A DNA stretch of 64,000 bases from positions 3,424,001 through 3,488,000 of the forward strand of contig OZ271918.1 in assembly GCA_965602015.1 (NCBI GenBank), written 5' to 3'. Shown here one piece after another: positions 55,637 through 64,000 of this stretch (the stretch's first letter is position 1; each line of letters begins with the position of its first letter). Under the pieces are notes generated by a model. It saw only the letters and a program-made list of their open reading frames with translations. It ran no database searches and was not told the origin of the DNA. The DNA comes from Salinispira sp. Its GTDB lineage: Bacteria > Spirochaetota > Spirochaetia > DSM-27196 > Salinispiraceae. Position numbers and translations under genes: made by a program.

Positions 55637-57913
55637 ATGAGTTGGCTTACACAGGCCGGGGATTTGATTCGCCGGCTCCGCGCTGGCGGAAAAGCAGAGA
55701 AAACCGGTGAAAACCAGGCCGTAACCGCCGAATATGCTCCATCGGGCAGCAGTTCTGAAGTCGGTACGGTATCACGAACCCTGGGTACCTTTGGCGGCGT
55801 TTTCACCCCGAGTTTTCTCACGATTATCGGCGTAATCATGTACCTCCGATTCAGCTGGGTAGTGGCCAATGCAGGGCTGTGGCACACACTGCTCATCGTT
55901 ATTCTGGCAAACGTTATCACCTTTATTACCGCCTTGTCGGTTTCAAGCATCGCCTCAAACGAACGGATGGAAACCGGAGGCGCGTACTTCATGGTCAGCC
56001 GGGTGCTGGGTTATCAGGCCGGAGGGGGCATCGGAATACCGCTGTATCTCAGCCAGGCACTTTCGATAGCCCTATACATCATCGGTTTTGCCGAGAGTCT
56101 GAACAATCTGCTGCCGACCTTTCCAATCAGGCTGGTTTCGCTGATCAGCCTCGGGGTGCTGACCCTGGTATCCCTCTTCGGAGCCGGAGTTATGGTCAAG
56201 GTCCAGTACGGTATTTTTGCAGTGATCCTGCTGAGCTTCGTCTCCATAATCGCCGGAATCCGGCCCCCGTCCGGGCCTGCGGTGCTCGAGCCCGCCTATG
56301 CTGCCGGAGAGAATTTCTGGGGCGTCTTCGCCGTTTTTTTTCCCGCAGTAACCGGAATACTGGCGGGAGTTTCCATGTCCGGGGATCTGAAGGAACCGGC
56401 AAAGAGCATTCCCCGGGGAACCCTCCTTGCCGTCATAATCGGCTTCACGGTGTACATGCTTGTGCCGGTTTTCCTGGCCTTCAGCCTTCCCCGGGCCGAG
56501 CTGTACGCATCCTCGGCGTTGGGAAGCGCGGCGCGCTGGCCGTTCCTGGTCAGCCTGGGGGTGTTCGGGGCGACCTTAAGTTCCGCCATCGGTAGTTTGA
56601 TGGGCGCCCCCCGCACCATGCAGGCTCTGGGCAACGACGGAATCCTTCCGAAATTCCTGAGCAAAGGGGCGGGAAGAACCAACGAACCGCTTGTGGCCCT
56701 CGCGTTCTCCCTTGCTCTTTCATTTGTGGTGCTGCTAATAGGCGACCTCAATATGATTGCGGAAATTCTCACCATGTTTTTCCTCACGACATACGGGGTT
56801 CTTAATTTCTCCGCGGCTCTGGAGCGCTTTGTTGATAATCCTTCATTCAGACCGGCGCTGAAAATTCACTGGTCGATAAATCTCCTGGGCGGCCTCGGCT
56901 GCTTTGCGGTTATGTATCTCATCAGTCCCGTATCCATGCTCATTGCTCTGGCCCTGGTGGCCGTGGTGTTTTTCCTGGTGGGAAGAAGCGGCCGTGGTCC
57001 CGTGGGTTCCGGGGGCTTGTGGGAAGGGTTTTGGACCCGGGCATTCTTCGCGGTTTCCCACCGTATGGCTAAAGCCCGCAGCAGTTCGGGGAAAAACTGG
57101 CGTCCGATGATTCAGGTTTTCGCCTCGGAGACCGAGTCCCATCTCGAGCTGGTGGAAACCGCTGCGCTGCTGACCAGCAGAGGCGGCAGCCTGTCCGCCT
57201 ATGCCATGATCGAAGCGGCGAAACGGGGAGAACGGGAAGCGGTCCTTCGGGATATGGAGCAGTTGGTCGGCCGCTGGGGTACGGGCAACGCATTCGTGAG
57301 CGTCGTTGAAACCGCAAACATGTACAACGGCGTAGCGGTTGCCAGTCAGGCATCGGGGTTCGCCGCGGCGCTGCACAACACTGTTATGCTGGGTCTACCG
57401 GGTAACGATAAGAATGACCGGCAGTATCTCGACCTGCTCATTCAACTGGTTCACATCGACCGGAATATCCTACTGTTTAAGCGGGGAAGCGTTCGTTGGA
57501 CCGATAACGGCGGCCGTATTCAGGTGTGGTGGGGCGGTTTACAGACCAATGTGCGGCTAATGCTGATTCTCGCATATCTGCTTCAGCAAAATCTCGAAAT
57601 CCACCGCACAATTTCCCTGGCGACCATTGTGTCCGAAGAGGATCAGGTGGCTACCGCCCGGGATCAATTGGAGAAGACGCTAAAGGATCTCAGGCTCCGT
57701 GGAGAAACCAGGATAATTATCAACAGCGAGAAAAAGCCTATTCCCGAGGTCATCAGGGAGGAATCGGAGGACGCATCAATGGTACTGCTGGGCATGGCCC
57801 GACCTGATGAAAACATGAAGGGAAGCTATATCAACCAGTTGAGAAATGCATCTGGGAGAATGAATGCAACCCTTTACGTACTTCACAATATTCGAAACCA
57901 GGACTATGAGTAA
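55637..57913 (+). CDS. Cation-chloride cotransporter (SLC12-like) APC permease
   Basis: LGTFGGVFTP, GGAYFMVSR, FFPAVTGI..SGDLK, NWRP, VWWGG. Confidence 0.85.
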   Translation: MSWLTQAGDLIRRLRAGGKAEKTGENQAVTAEYAPSGSSSEVGTVSRTLGTFGGVFTPSFLTIIGVIMYLRFSWVVANAGLWHTLLIVILANVITFITALSVSSIASNERMETGGAYFMVSRVLGYQAGGGIGIPLYLSQALSIALYIIGFAESLNNLLPTFPIRLVSLISLGVLTLVSLFGAGVMVKVQYGIFAVILLSFVSIIAGIRPPSGPAVLEPAYAAGENFWGVFAVFFPAVTGILAGVSMSGDLKEPAKSIPRGTLLAVIIGFTVYMLVPVFLAFSLPRAELYASSALGSAARWPFLVSLGVFGATLSSAIGSLMGAPRTMQALGNDGILPKFLSKGAGRTNEPLVALAFSLALSFVVLLIGDLNMIAEILTMFFLTTYGVLNFSAALERFVDNPSFRPALKIHWSINLLGGLGCFAVMYLISPVSMLIALALVAVVFFLVGRSGRGPVGSGGLWEGFWTRAFFAVSHRMAKARSSSGKNWRPMIQVFASETESHLELVETAALLTSRGGSLSAYAMIEAAKRGEREAVLRDMEQLVGRWGTGNAFVSVVETANMYNGVAVASQASGFAAALHNTVMLGLPGNDKNDRQYLDLLIQLVHIDRNILLFKRGSVRWTDNGGRIQVWWGGLQTNVRLMLILAYLLQQNLEIHRTISLATIVSEEDQVATARDQLEKTLKDLRLRGETRIIINSEKKPIPEVIREESEDASMVLLGMARPDENMKGSYINQLRNASGRMNATLYVLHNIRNQDYE

Positions 57914-57986
57914 GAATTTTATCTTACCGAGTCTGGATAGTAAAAATAAGCACTTTTTGTTGTGTAATATATTAAACTATTGCTGT

Positions 57987-58424
57987 ATGGCATTTACATC
58001 CCACGGTAAATACGAGGTTTCGGTAAAAAAACGGCTCCTGGTGGTGGATGCCACCGGACCATGGAATCTCGAAGCGGCGCAAAGGTTCGACGGCCTCGTA
58101 CGTTCCCAGGTGTCAGAGAAATTGGACAGCGGCTCAAGCTGGGGGATGATAGCCTTACTCCACGGTCAGAGCATATACACCCAGGAGGCTACTCCTATCC
58201 TGGAAGAACTTCACCCGTGGAGGGTAGCACACGGACTTCGGCATATCGCGATAGTCCACAGCGACAGTGACCCCGATGTGAATTCCCTTACCAATTATCA
58301 GTTCGACCGAATCTATGAATCCGATAGTTCCCGGCGCTGCGTCACCCGCTATTTTACAAATAAAAAGGAAGCGTTCAAATGGCTTGGCAGCTTTGGTTAT
58401 CTCGATAAAAACGACCTGCTTTGA
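57987..58424 (+). CDS. Hypothetical protein (STAS/SEC14-like)
   Basis: HGKY..ATGPWN..F..EAFKWL pattern. Confidence 0.55.
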   Translation: MAFTSHGKYEVSVKKRLLVVDATGPWNLEAAQRFDGLVRSQVSEKLDSGSSWGMIALLHGQSIYTQEATPILEELHPWRVAHGLRHIAIVHSDSDPDVNSLTNYQFDRIYESDSSRRCVTRYFTNKKEAFKWLGSFGYLDKNDLL

Positions 58425-58543
58425 AATTATGTAGATGTACCACAGGCCTTATGAAAATCTGATAAAATTTGCCCCTCTGGAAAAATATCCGTAAATTACA
58501 GCTCAGAAACGATTTACGAACGCAAATTATTGGCGGAGGAATA

Positions 58544-59005
58544 ATGAAGAAAATAACCGTACTGTTTGTAATGCTTCTGACCGCATCGTGTATAGTCGCT
58601 CAAGTTTCCGACGATGCCGTGGTGTGGACTGGAGAAATGATTGAGTTTGTCAAAGCCGACGATGCTAATCCCGGTCAGGAAGCTAACCAGGACCGTATTA
58701 CTGAAAACCTGTGGATTACCCGGGGAAACAGCGGCGGGCAAATCTACAATGCCGCTGAAGAGCGGCGAGCCAACTCCCGCAATAGCCCCGCGAATACCCT
58801 GTGGGCATTGGGTACCACCGATGAGCTTGAGGATTTGAACTTTCGACCCTTCAGAGCGGCTGTTGGCAAACCCCAAAATGTCGTCGGCAGGGAGCTTGTA
58901 ATGCACGTTGTTTCCGAGGATATTTACATCGATGTTGTCTTCACTTCATGGTCGAGAAGCAAGGCCGGCGGTTTTAGCTATATGCGGAGCACCCCTGCAG
59001 AATAG
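58544..59005 (+). CDS. Hypothetical exported protein
   Basis: GGAGG RBS, signal peptide, DRIT.NLWITRG, GGFSY.RST. Confidence 0.7.
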   Translation: MKKITVLFVMLLTASCIVAQVSDDAVVWTGEMIEFVKADDANPGQEANQDRITENLWITRGNSGGQIYNAAEERRANSRNSPANTLWALGTTDELEDLNFRPFRAAVGKPQNVVGRELVMHVVSEDIYIDVVFTSWSRSKAGGFSYMRSTPAE

Positions 59006-59019
59006 TAAGCAGCCATGCA

Positions 59020-59062
59020 AAAGAAACGCGCGCCGTTGAGTATTCGGCGCGCATTTTTTTTT
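59020..59062. terminator. Likely bidirectional terminator
   Basis: gcgcgccg/cggcgcgc stem flanked by A- and T-runs. Confidence 0.7.
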
Positions 59063-59070
59063 CGTATTGA

Positions 59071-59157
59071 CGGAGAGAGGGAGATTCGAACTCCCGGTAC
59101 AGCAAGCTGCACACCTGATTTCGAGTCAGGCCCGTTCGACCACTCCGGCATCTCTCC
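59071..59157 (-). tRNA. tRNA-Ser(CGA)
   Basis: GGAGAGA acceptor, CCTGA-CTCGAAA-TCAGG anticodon arm, long variable arm, GTTCGAATC; CCA not encoded. Confidence 0.95.
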
Positions 59158-59298
59158 AGTGATCTATGTATCAGAAAACCAAATGTACAACAGAACGGTG
59201 AAAACCGCAATCACCGCAAAAAATGCCGTCCCCCTGTCACTGAGAGGACGGCGTGCTTCTACCGCTGTATGAATTGGCGATGAATTGTGCTAGCCATA

Positions 59299-60309
59299 TT
59301 ATGTGCTGGCGATCTGAAAATCCATCTGGGCGGGTTTGGTCTGCATGATGTCTTCGATGCTGTCCAAAACGTCCTGGCTGAGCTTTTCGACGAGATCAAG
59401 GGCTTTGAGATTTTCCTCGAGCTGGGAAACCCGGCTGGCGCCGGTGATTACCGTGCTGACATTCGCATTTTTTAGGCACCAGGCAAGTGCGAGATGCGCC
59501 CGGCTGGTACCCAGGTCATCGGCGACCTTCTTTAAATCCCGAACCTTGGCGAGCTTTTGTTTGCCTTCGTCGCTTTCAAACATTTCCTTCAGCCATTCAT
59601 AGCCCGGGAGATTCAGGCGTGAATCTTCGGGGATTCCGCTGTCGTATTTCCCCGTCAGTACTCCCGAAGCAAGCGGGGACCAGATGGTGGTTCCCAGACC
59701 GATGGCATCGTAGAGCCGGGCGTATTCCACTTCAAAGCGATAGCGTTCGAAAAGGTTGTACTGGGGCTGCTCCATTGTCGGGGGGATGAGGTTAAACTGC
59801 CGGGCTACAGAGTATGCTTCCATAAGCTGCTGAGCCGACCACTCGCTGGTTCCCCAGTATCGAACCTTGCCCTGCTGGATCAGCTCTGTCATTGATCGAA
59901 CCACTTCCTCCATGGGAATTCTGGGGTCCGGGCGGTGACAGAAGTACAGGTCGAGATGATCGACTTGAAGCCGTTCCATAGCTTGGTGGCATCCATCGTA
60001 AATATGGACCCTGCTCAGGCCGCGCTGGTTGGGGTTCGGCTTGTCTACCACGCCGCCGTACACCTTGCTCGAGACCAAAAAACTGTCTCTGCGCAGTCCA
60101 AGTTTCTTGAACGCCTCGCCCATTACCAGTTCCGACTTGCCCCGTTCATAGACTTCCGCATTGTCGAAAAAATTCACGCCGGCGTCATATGCGGTCTTAA
60201 TCATATCAGCCGCCAGGTCGACATCGGCCTGCTTGCTGAATGTCACCCAGGAGCCGAACGAGAGCTCGCTGACATATGCCCCGGATTTTCCAAGAGATCG
60301 GTATTTCAT
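59299..60309 (-). CDS. Aldo/keto reductase (Kv-beta-like)
   Basis: FGSWVTF, FFDNAEVY, YWGTSEWS, WSPLASG. Confidence 0.9.
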   Translation of the reverse strand: MKYRSLGKSGAYVSELSFGSWVTFSKQADVDLAADMIKTAYDAGVNFFDNAEVYERGKSELVMGEAFKKLGLRRDSFLVSSKVYGGVVDKPNPNQRGLSRVHIYDGCHQAMERLQVDHLDLYFCHRPDPRIPMEEVVRSMTELIQQGKVRYWGTSEWSAQQLMEAYSVARQFNLIPPTMEQPQYNLFERYRFEVEYARLYDAIGLGTTIWSPLASGVLTGKYDSGIPEDSRLNLPGYEWLKEMFESDEGKQKLAKVRDLKKVADDLGTSRAHLALAWCLKNANVSTVITGASRVSQLEENLKALDLVEKLSQDVLDSIEDIMQTKPAQMDFQIAST

Positions 60310-60362
60310 GTATTCCTCCAGGTGACAATATATTCCCGCGCTTCACCCGGGGCAAATGTCCC

Positions 60363-60647
60363 TTACTGCTCTTCGACGATTACAATGGCGTTGTAAATGA
60401 TGGTCCGCTTGCCGTCCAGATCGAAGAGGACCTTATTGCCGAATTCCGTGGACTCAACGTCGATTCGCCCTTCGTAGGTTCGAAGGAGTTCCCCATTCTG
60501 ACCGTAAACCGAAACCACCCGGTTGAGGCCGGTAACCGACGAGCTGAAATCCTTCATGGATCGGGACCACTCTTCGCAGCCGCTTACGCCAATAAGCAGG
60601 ACGGCGACCAGGGCGATCAGCTTGAAATACGTAATTCTTTGTTTCAT
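60363..60647 (-). CDS. Small lipoprotein (DUF5052-like)
   Basis: VSGC lipobox; GLNRVVSVY..DGKR.IIYNA. Confidence 0.65.
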   Translation of the reverse strand: MKQRITYFKLIALVAVLLIGVSGCEEWSRSMKDFSSSVTGLNRVVSVYGQNGELLRTYEGRIDVESTEFGNKVLFDLDGKRTIIYNAIVIVEEQ

Positions 60648-60701
60648 TGATATCTCCTGCGGGCTGTACCGCCTGGCGCAGGAGATTATTCATTCACAAT
60701 G

Positions 60702-62456
60702 CTAAAATACTCCAAGAAAGGATTTTCCACGAATGTCCCGGGCATCGAAGGCGAAGGGATCTATCCTCGATGCGTAGCGCAGGCTGTAGGGATCGGCGGA
60801 GTCGAGGGCCCGTTCCCTGAATCCACCCTCGTCCCAGTGACGGGAGTCCAGGCTGCCATATCGATTATCTCCCATAAAAAAGTATTCCCTCCGGGATAAC
60901 ACTTCATTTTCCGGGAAGGGTGCGAAGTTGCGCATATCGAAATAGGTCTGGACATAGGTGCCGGTGTAATCGTTAAGCTCGGCGAGGGAAGGGGCGAACG
61001 ACGTGCCGCCGTTACCCATCGAATCGACCATATCCAATAGCGCCCGGGCGAACTTTAGCTTAAAGAGCCGGTTGGTGCGCCGGGCGGATATTTCGAAGGC
61101 GGATGCATTGCGTGAGCCGCGGTTGCCTGTGCCGGCGAGCATAAAATCCCGGAAGTCTTCGGCAAAGACCCGGGTATCGGTCAGGGCAAACACGGCATAT
61201 TCTGCGAGCATGTCTTCGCTTATTTCAAACCAGCCCCGGAAGCGGAAATCCGGCGTCGACCTGACGGCCGGAAGATCTCCAGGCACTGACAGCTCCTCGG
61301 CAAGGGCAATCAGTTCCTCGGTTATGTCGTTGGCCCGGCCGGGGTAACTTCCGGTCAGCTCTTCTTTTTCCCTGTCCCAGCGGAGCATTTCTTCACGAAC
61401 AAGCGGAGAGACCGTGATGCGTTCAATCCTTCTGGTATTTACCGGGAGGTTTGTTACAAAGTTCAGGGCGTGTGAATCGTCGCCCTCGAGAATCCGGAAC
61501 TCGCCGTCCGTGGAATCGCGAACATAGACCACATCGTCCACCATCATAATCTGCTCTCCGGGCATTCCAATAAGCCGTTTGATCAGAGGTTCCACCACAA
61601 TGTCGCCGTTGATGTCGATTTTCGGGCGCTGAACCGCGGAGAAGGTGATCATAAACAAGGCATTGTCGAAAAACTCTTTGAGGGCCTGGTTTCTCGGCAG
61701 TGTGTGCCTCGGGTTGTCGAGAACGAGCTGATCGAAGCGGTTAACTCCAAGGGTCACCGGGATGTCCACCAGCGAAAGGGGTATGCGCGGATTATACAAG
61801 GTTTTCACCGCGAGCACTCGGGAACCGACATAATGCTCGGGAACCATGGACTCGGTGGGAATCTGGTAGAGCTGGAAAATGAGCGAGTTGATAAAAATCA
61901 CGAACACGATGGTCCATAGAATCGCGTCCACCCATGACAGCACTTCTGCTGCGAAGCCTCTAAAAACCTTGACCGGCACGGCCTTCCGCCGGGACCCTTT
62001 TTTCTCGAAGGTGATTAGTCCCAGGCGCTTGAGGTTTTCTTTGTGGTTTACCGAGCGGTAGAGGGGGATGTACAATCCGTAGGAGAGCACGACCATGGCA
62101 TAAAGCGCATAATAGACCGGCAGCTCAATGGCCTCGTTGCTCCAGGCAAGTATGAGATTTACCGAGGAGAGAATAAACTGAATCAGGCCGAAGTATGATG
62201 CGCTCTTCTTCGCGATAATGAAGCCTTTTTTATCGACTCTTTGATCATCCCTGCTGCTTCGGTACACCCTGTACAGGAGCAAGCCGGTGCCGCCGGCCGC
62301 CAGAAGCGACAGCATTATGGTGATGGCGTTACCGGAAAGAATACCCGAGAGTAGGGTCATGATCGTAGCCGGAATGAGCCAAATGAGCAGGTGCAAGCCT
62401 TTGGTGCCGAAATTCTTTTCAAGCCATGAGTTGGCGCGTTCTACATGTGGTTTCAT
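60702..62456 (-). CDS. lepB: Signal peptidase I with N-terminal TM extension
   Basis: IPTESM, IKRLIGMPGE, MGDNR..SLDSR; start uncertain (62456 or 62504). Confidence 0.85.
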   Translation of the reverse strand: MKPHVERANSWLEKNFGTKGLHLLIWLIPATIMTLLSGILSGNAITIMLSLLAAGGTGLLLYRVYRSSRDDQRVDKKGFIIAKKSASYFGLIQFILSSVNLILAWSNEAIELPVYYALYAMVVLSYGLYIPLYRSVNHKENLKRLGLITFEKKGSRRKAVPVKVFRGFAAEVLSWVDAILWTIVFVIFINSLIFQLYQIPTESMVPEHYVGSRVLAVKTLYNPRIPLSLVDIPVTLGVNRFDQLVLDNPRHTLPRNQALKEFFDNALFMITFSAVQRPKIDINGDIVVEPLIKRLIGMPGEQIMMVDDVVYVRDSTDGEFRILEGDDSHALNFVTNLPVNTRRIERITVSPLVREEMLRWDREKEELTGSYPGRANDITEELIALAEELSVPGDLPAVRSTPDFRFRGWFEISEDMLAEYAVFALTDTRVFAEDFRDFMLAGTGNRGSRNASAFEISARRTNRLFKLKFARALLDMVDSMGNGGTSFAPSLAELNDYTGTYVQTYFDMRNFAPFPENEVLSRREYFFMGDNRYGSLDSRHWDEGGFRERALDSADPYSLRYASRIDPFAFDARDIRGKSFLGVF

Positions 62457-62620
62457 TATCCTATATATACACTGATTATCTAAAAGGTAACAGATCTCTT
62501 GCAAGGAGAAGGTGTGGAGGCAGGACTATTGCAGGAGGCCTCAGACCGGCCAAAGCTGCTAACCGGTGGCGGTTTCAAGCCGGCGGTGGGCGATAGCCGG
62601 CTTTATTTTCCTCTCGTCCA

Positions 62621-63685
62621 TCAGGCTGAGGGTTTGTCGAAGTAGAAACCCTGAACGTATGTGGCGCCGTTTGATTTGACCCACTCATAGTCGAGTTCGG
62701 TTTCGACTCCTTCGGCGACGCTGCAGATATCAAGCTCATTACTCAAGTCGAGAATACTCCGGGTAATTGACTGTTTAAAACGGTCTCCCGACACATTTTG
62801 AATTAGTTCCATATCGAGTTTTACGATATCCGGTTTAAGCTTGTGAAGGAGATTCAGGGACGAATATCCGGCTCCCAGATCATCAAGGGCAATGAGAAAA
62901 CCGTGTTCCCGGTAGACCTTAATGATCGACAGCATTCGGTTCAAATCGGCATTTTTATCGCTTTCCACTATTTCGAATACGATATCCTCCGGCTTGAGGT
63001 CGGTGACGGCTATGGCAGCGAATGTCGATGACAGGCAGTTTTCCGGGGAGTAGATCGATGTCGGGTTGAAATTTATGAAGAGTTTTTCATTCCAACCCCT
63101 GTCGGCCGCATTTCTTACTGCCGACAGCCGTGCTTCCCTGTCCAGAAAAAACAGTAAATCCGCCTTCCTCGCTACGTCGAATAGCTGTCCTGCGGGGACA
63201 ATGCTTCCGTCATCGGCTATTCCCCGCAGCAATGACTCCCTGCCGTATATACGCTCGGGTTCTGCGGCGCTGCGGATAGCGTGGTAATGGCTCGTGATTT
63301 TTTTGTTCCTGAGAATTTCCGTCAGCCAGGTCGCATCGGCCAGGGTGAAAATAGACAGGAGATTTTCCATATGAATGAGATCCCTCATTTCCGGCTTTTT
63401 CCCCTCTGGCAAGACCAGGGCTCTGGCTGATTCGAGCTCTGCTTCGCTGAACTGCTGCTTGTAATCCCGAAGTATTTCTATGAGTGTGGCAGATGGCAGG
63501 GTGGAATGCAGTATGCCCTGATCGCTTTCAAGCGGGTAGCCGCTTTTTTCAAACGCCTTTTGGAGTTTTTCTCCGGTAGCCATAATAGCCGGAGATATGT
63601 AAATGCTGCCTATTTCCGGAAGGCCGTCGGGGATTAATTCACACCGGTCGCAGAGCGGGGTTTTTATGGTTTCATCCATGTTCAC
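62621..63685 (-). CDS. EAL-domain c-di-GMP phosphodiesterase
   Basis: ESLLR, FINFNP, EIVES, DDLGAGYSSL, AEGVE, QGFYF. Confidence 0.9.
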   Translation of the reverse strand: MNMDETIKTPLCDRCELIPDGLPEIGSIYISPAIMATGEKLQKAFEKSGYPLESDQGILHSTLPSATLIEILRDYKQQFSEAELESARALVLPEGKKPEMRDLIHMENLLSIFTLADATWLTEILRNKKITSHYHAIRSAAEPERIYGRESLLRGIADDGSIVPAGQLFDVARKADLLFFLDREARLSAVRNAADRGWNEKLFINFNPTSIYSPENCLSSTFAAIAVTDLKPEDIVFEIVESDKNADLNRMLSIIKVYREHGFLIALDDLGAGYSSLNLLHKLKPDIVKLDMELIQNVSGDRFKQSITRSILDLSNELDICSVAEGVETELDYEWVKSNGATYVQGFYFDKPSA

Positions 63686-63770
63686 ATCCTACTGAGAAAA
63701 ACTACATGCTATAAGCTAAGGGTAATGGCCGCGCAACGCAAAATCAAATTGAAAGACCGAAGCTGTATTT

Positions 63771-64000
63771 TCAAACGGGCATATACTTGTCGGCAATCTC
63801 GTTGCTGATGTCCCAGATTTTCCGTCCCAGTTCCCGGTCCAACGCATGAGGCGCGGGTTTTTCTTCGGTGGTCAGGTTAAAAAACCGGCCGCTTACCCCA
63901 CGTAGGTCGGGGTCCGATGCAAGATAGTGAATGGCCAGACCCGAAATCGCCACATCATCGAGGCCGGGCTGAACCATGGTTTTCTGGAACCAGCGGTACA
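63771..64000 (-). CDS. SDR oxidoreductase, C-terminal part (runs off window)
   Basis: YLAS.P..VSGRFF..A.D.ELGRKIW.IS. Confidence 0.7.
   Translation of the reverse strand, partial: YRWFQKTMVQPGLDDVAISGLAIHYLASDPDLRGVSGRFFNLTTEEKPAPHALDRELGRKIWDISNEIADKYMPV

Noticed and set aside
59071..59157. tRNA as an island attachment site
   Set aside because: No integrase or duplicated tRNA 3' end seen nearby.

Overview
GC-rich bacterial chromosome segment. The gene content (LepB, HEAT-repeat and FliG-C proteins, many lipoproteins) suggests a free-living spirochaete; this is inference. The centrepiece is an AT-rich, minus-strand integron-type cassette array at ~15.75-32.75 kb. It has 15 cassettes, 13 contiguous attC sites (one with a shortened spacer), one attC split by a three-gene DDE/ExeA transposon and one truncated attC. 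A candidate attI and Pc lie at its right end, but there is no integron integrase anywhere in the window. Two cassettes are duplicated with boundaries exactly at the G|TT crossover points. The array carries four TA cassettes, each with its own promoter and an apparently leaderless start, and one ORF-less cassette. Its distal end is fused to a broken IS256 that carries a nested IS21, next to a fliG-like remnant and a MITE. The rest of the window holds a YcjNOP-like sugar ABC/LacI/GH3 locus, a sigma-54-controlled lysine fermentation cluster using the Kat aminotransferase variant (kat-atoDA / kamDE-kce-kdd-kamA-kamB-like), a cobalamin riboswitch with btuFCD, tRNA-Ser(CGA) and housekeeping or signalling genes. 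All family calls come from motif recognition by eye; no searches were run.
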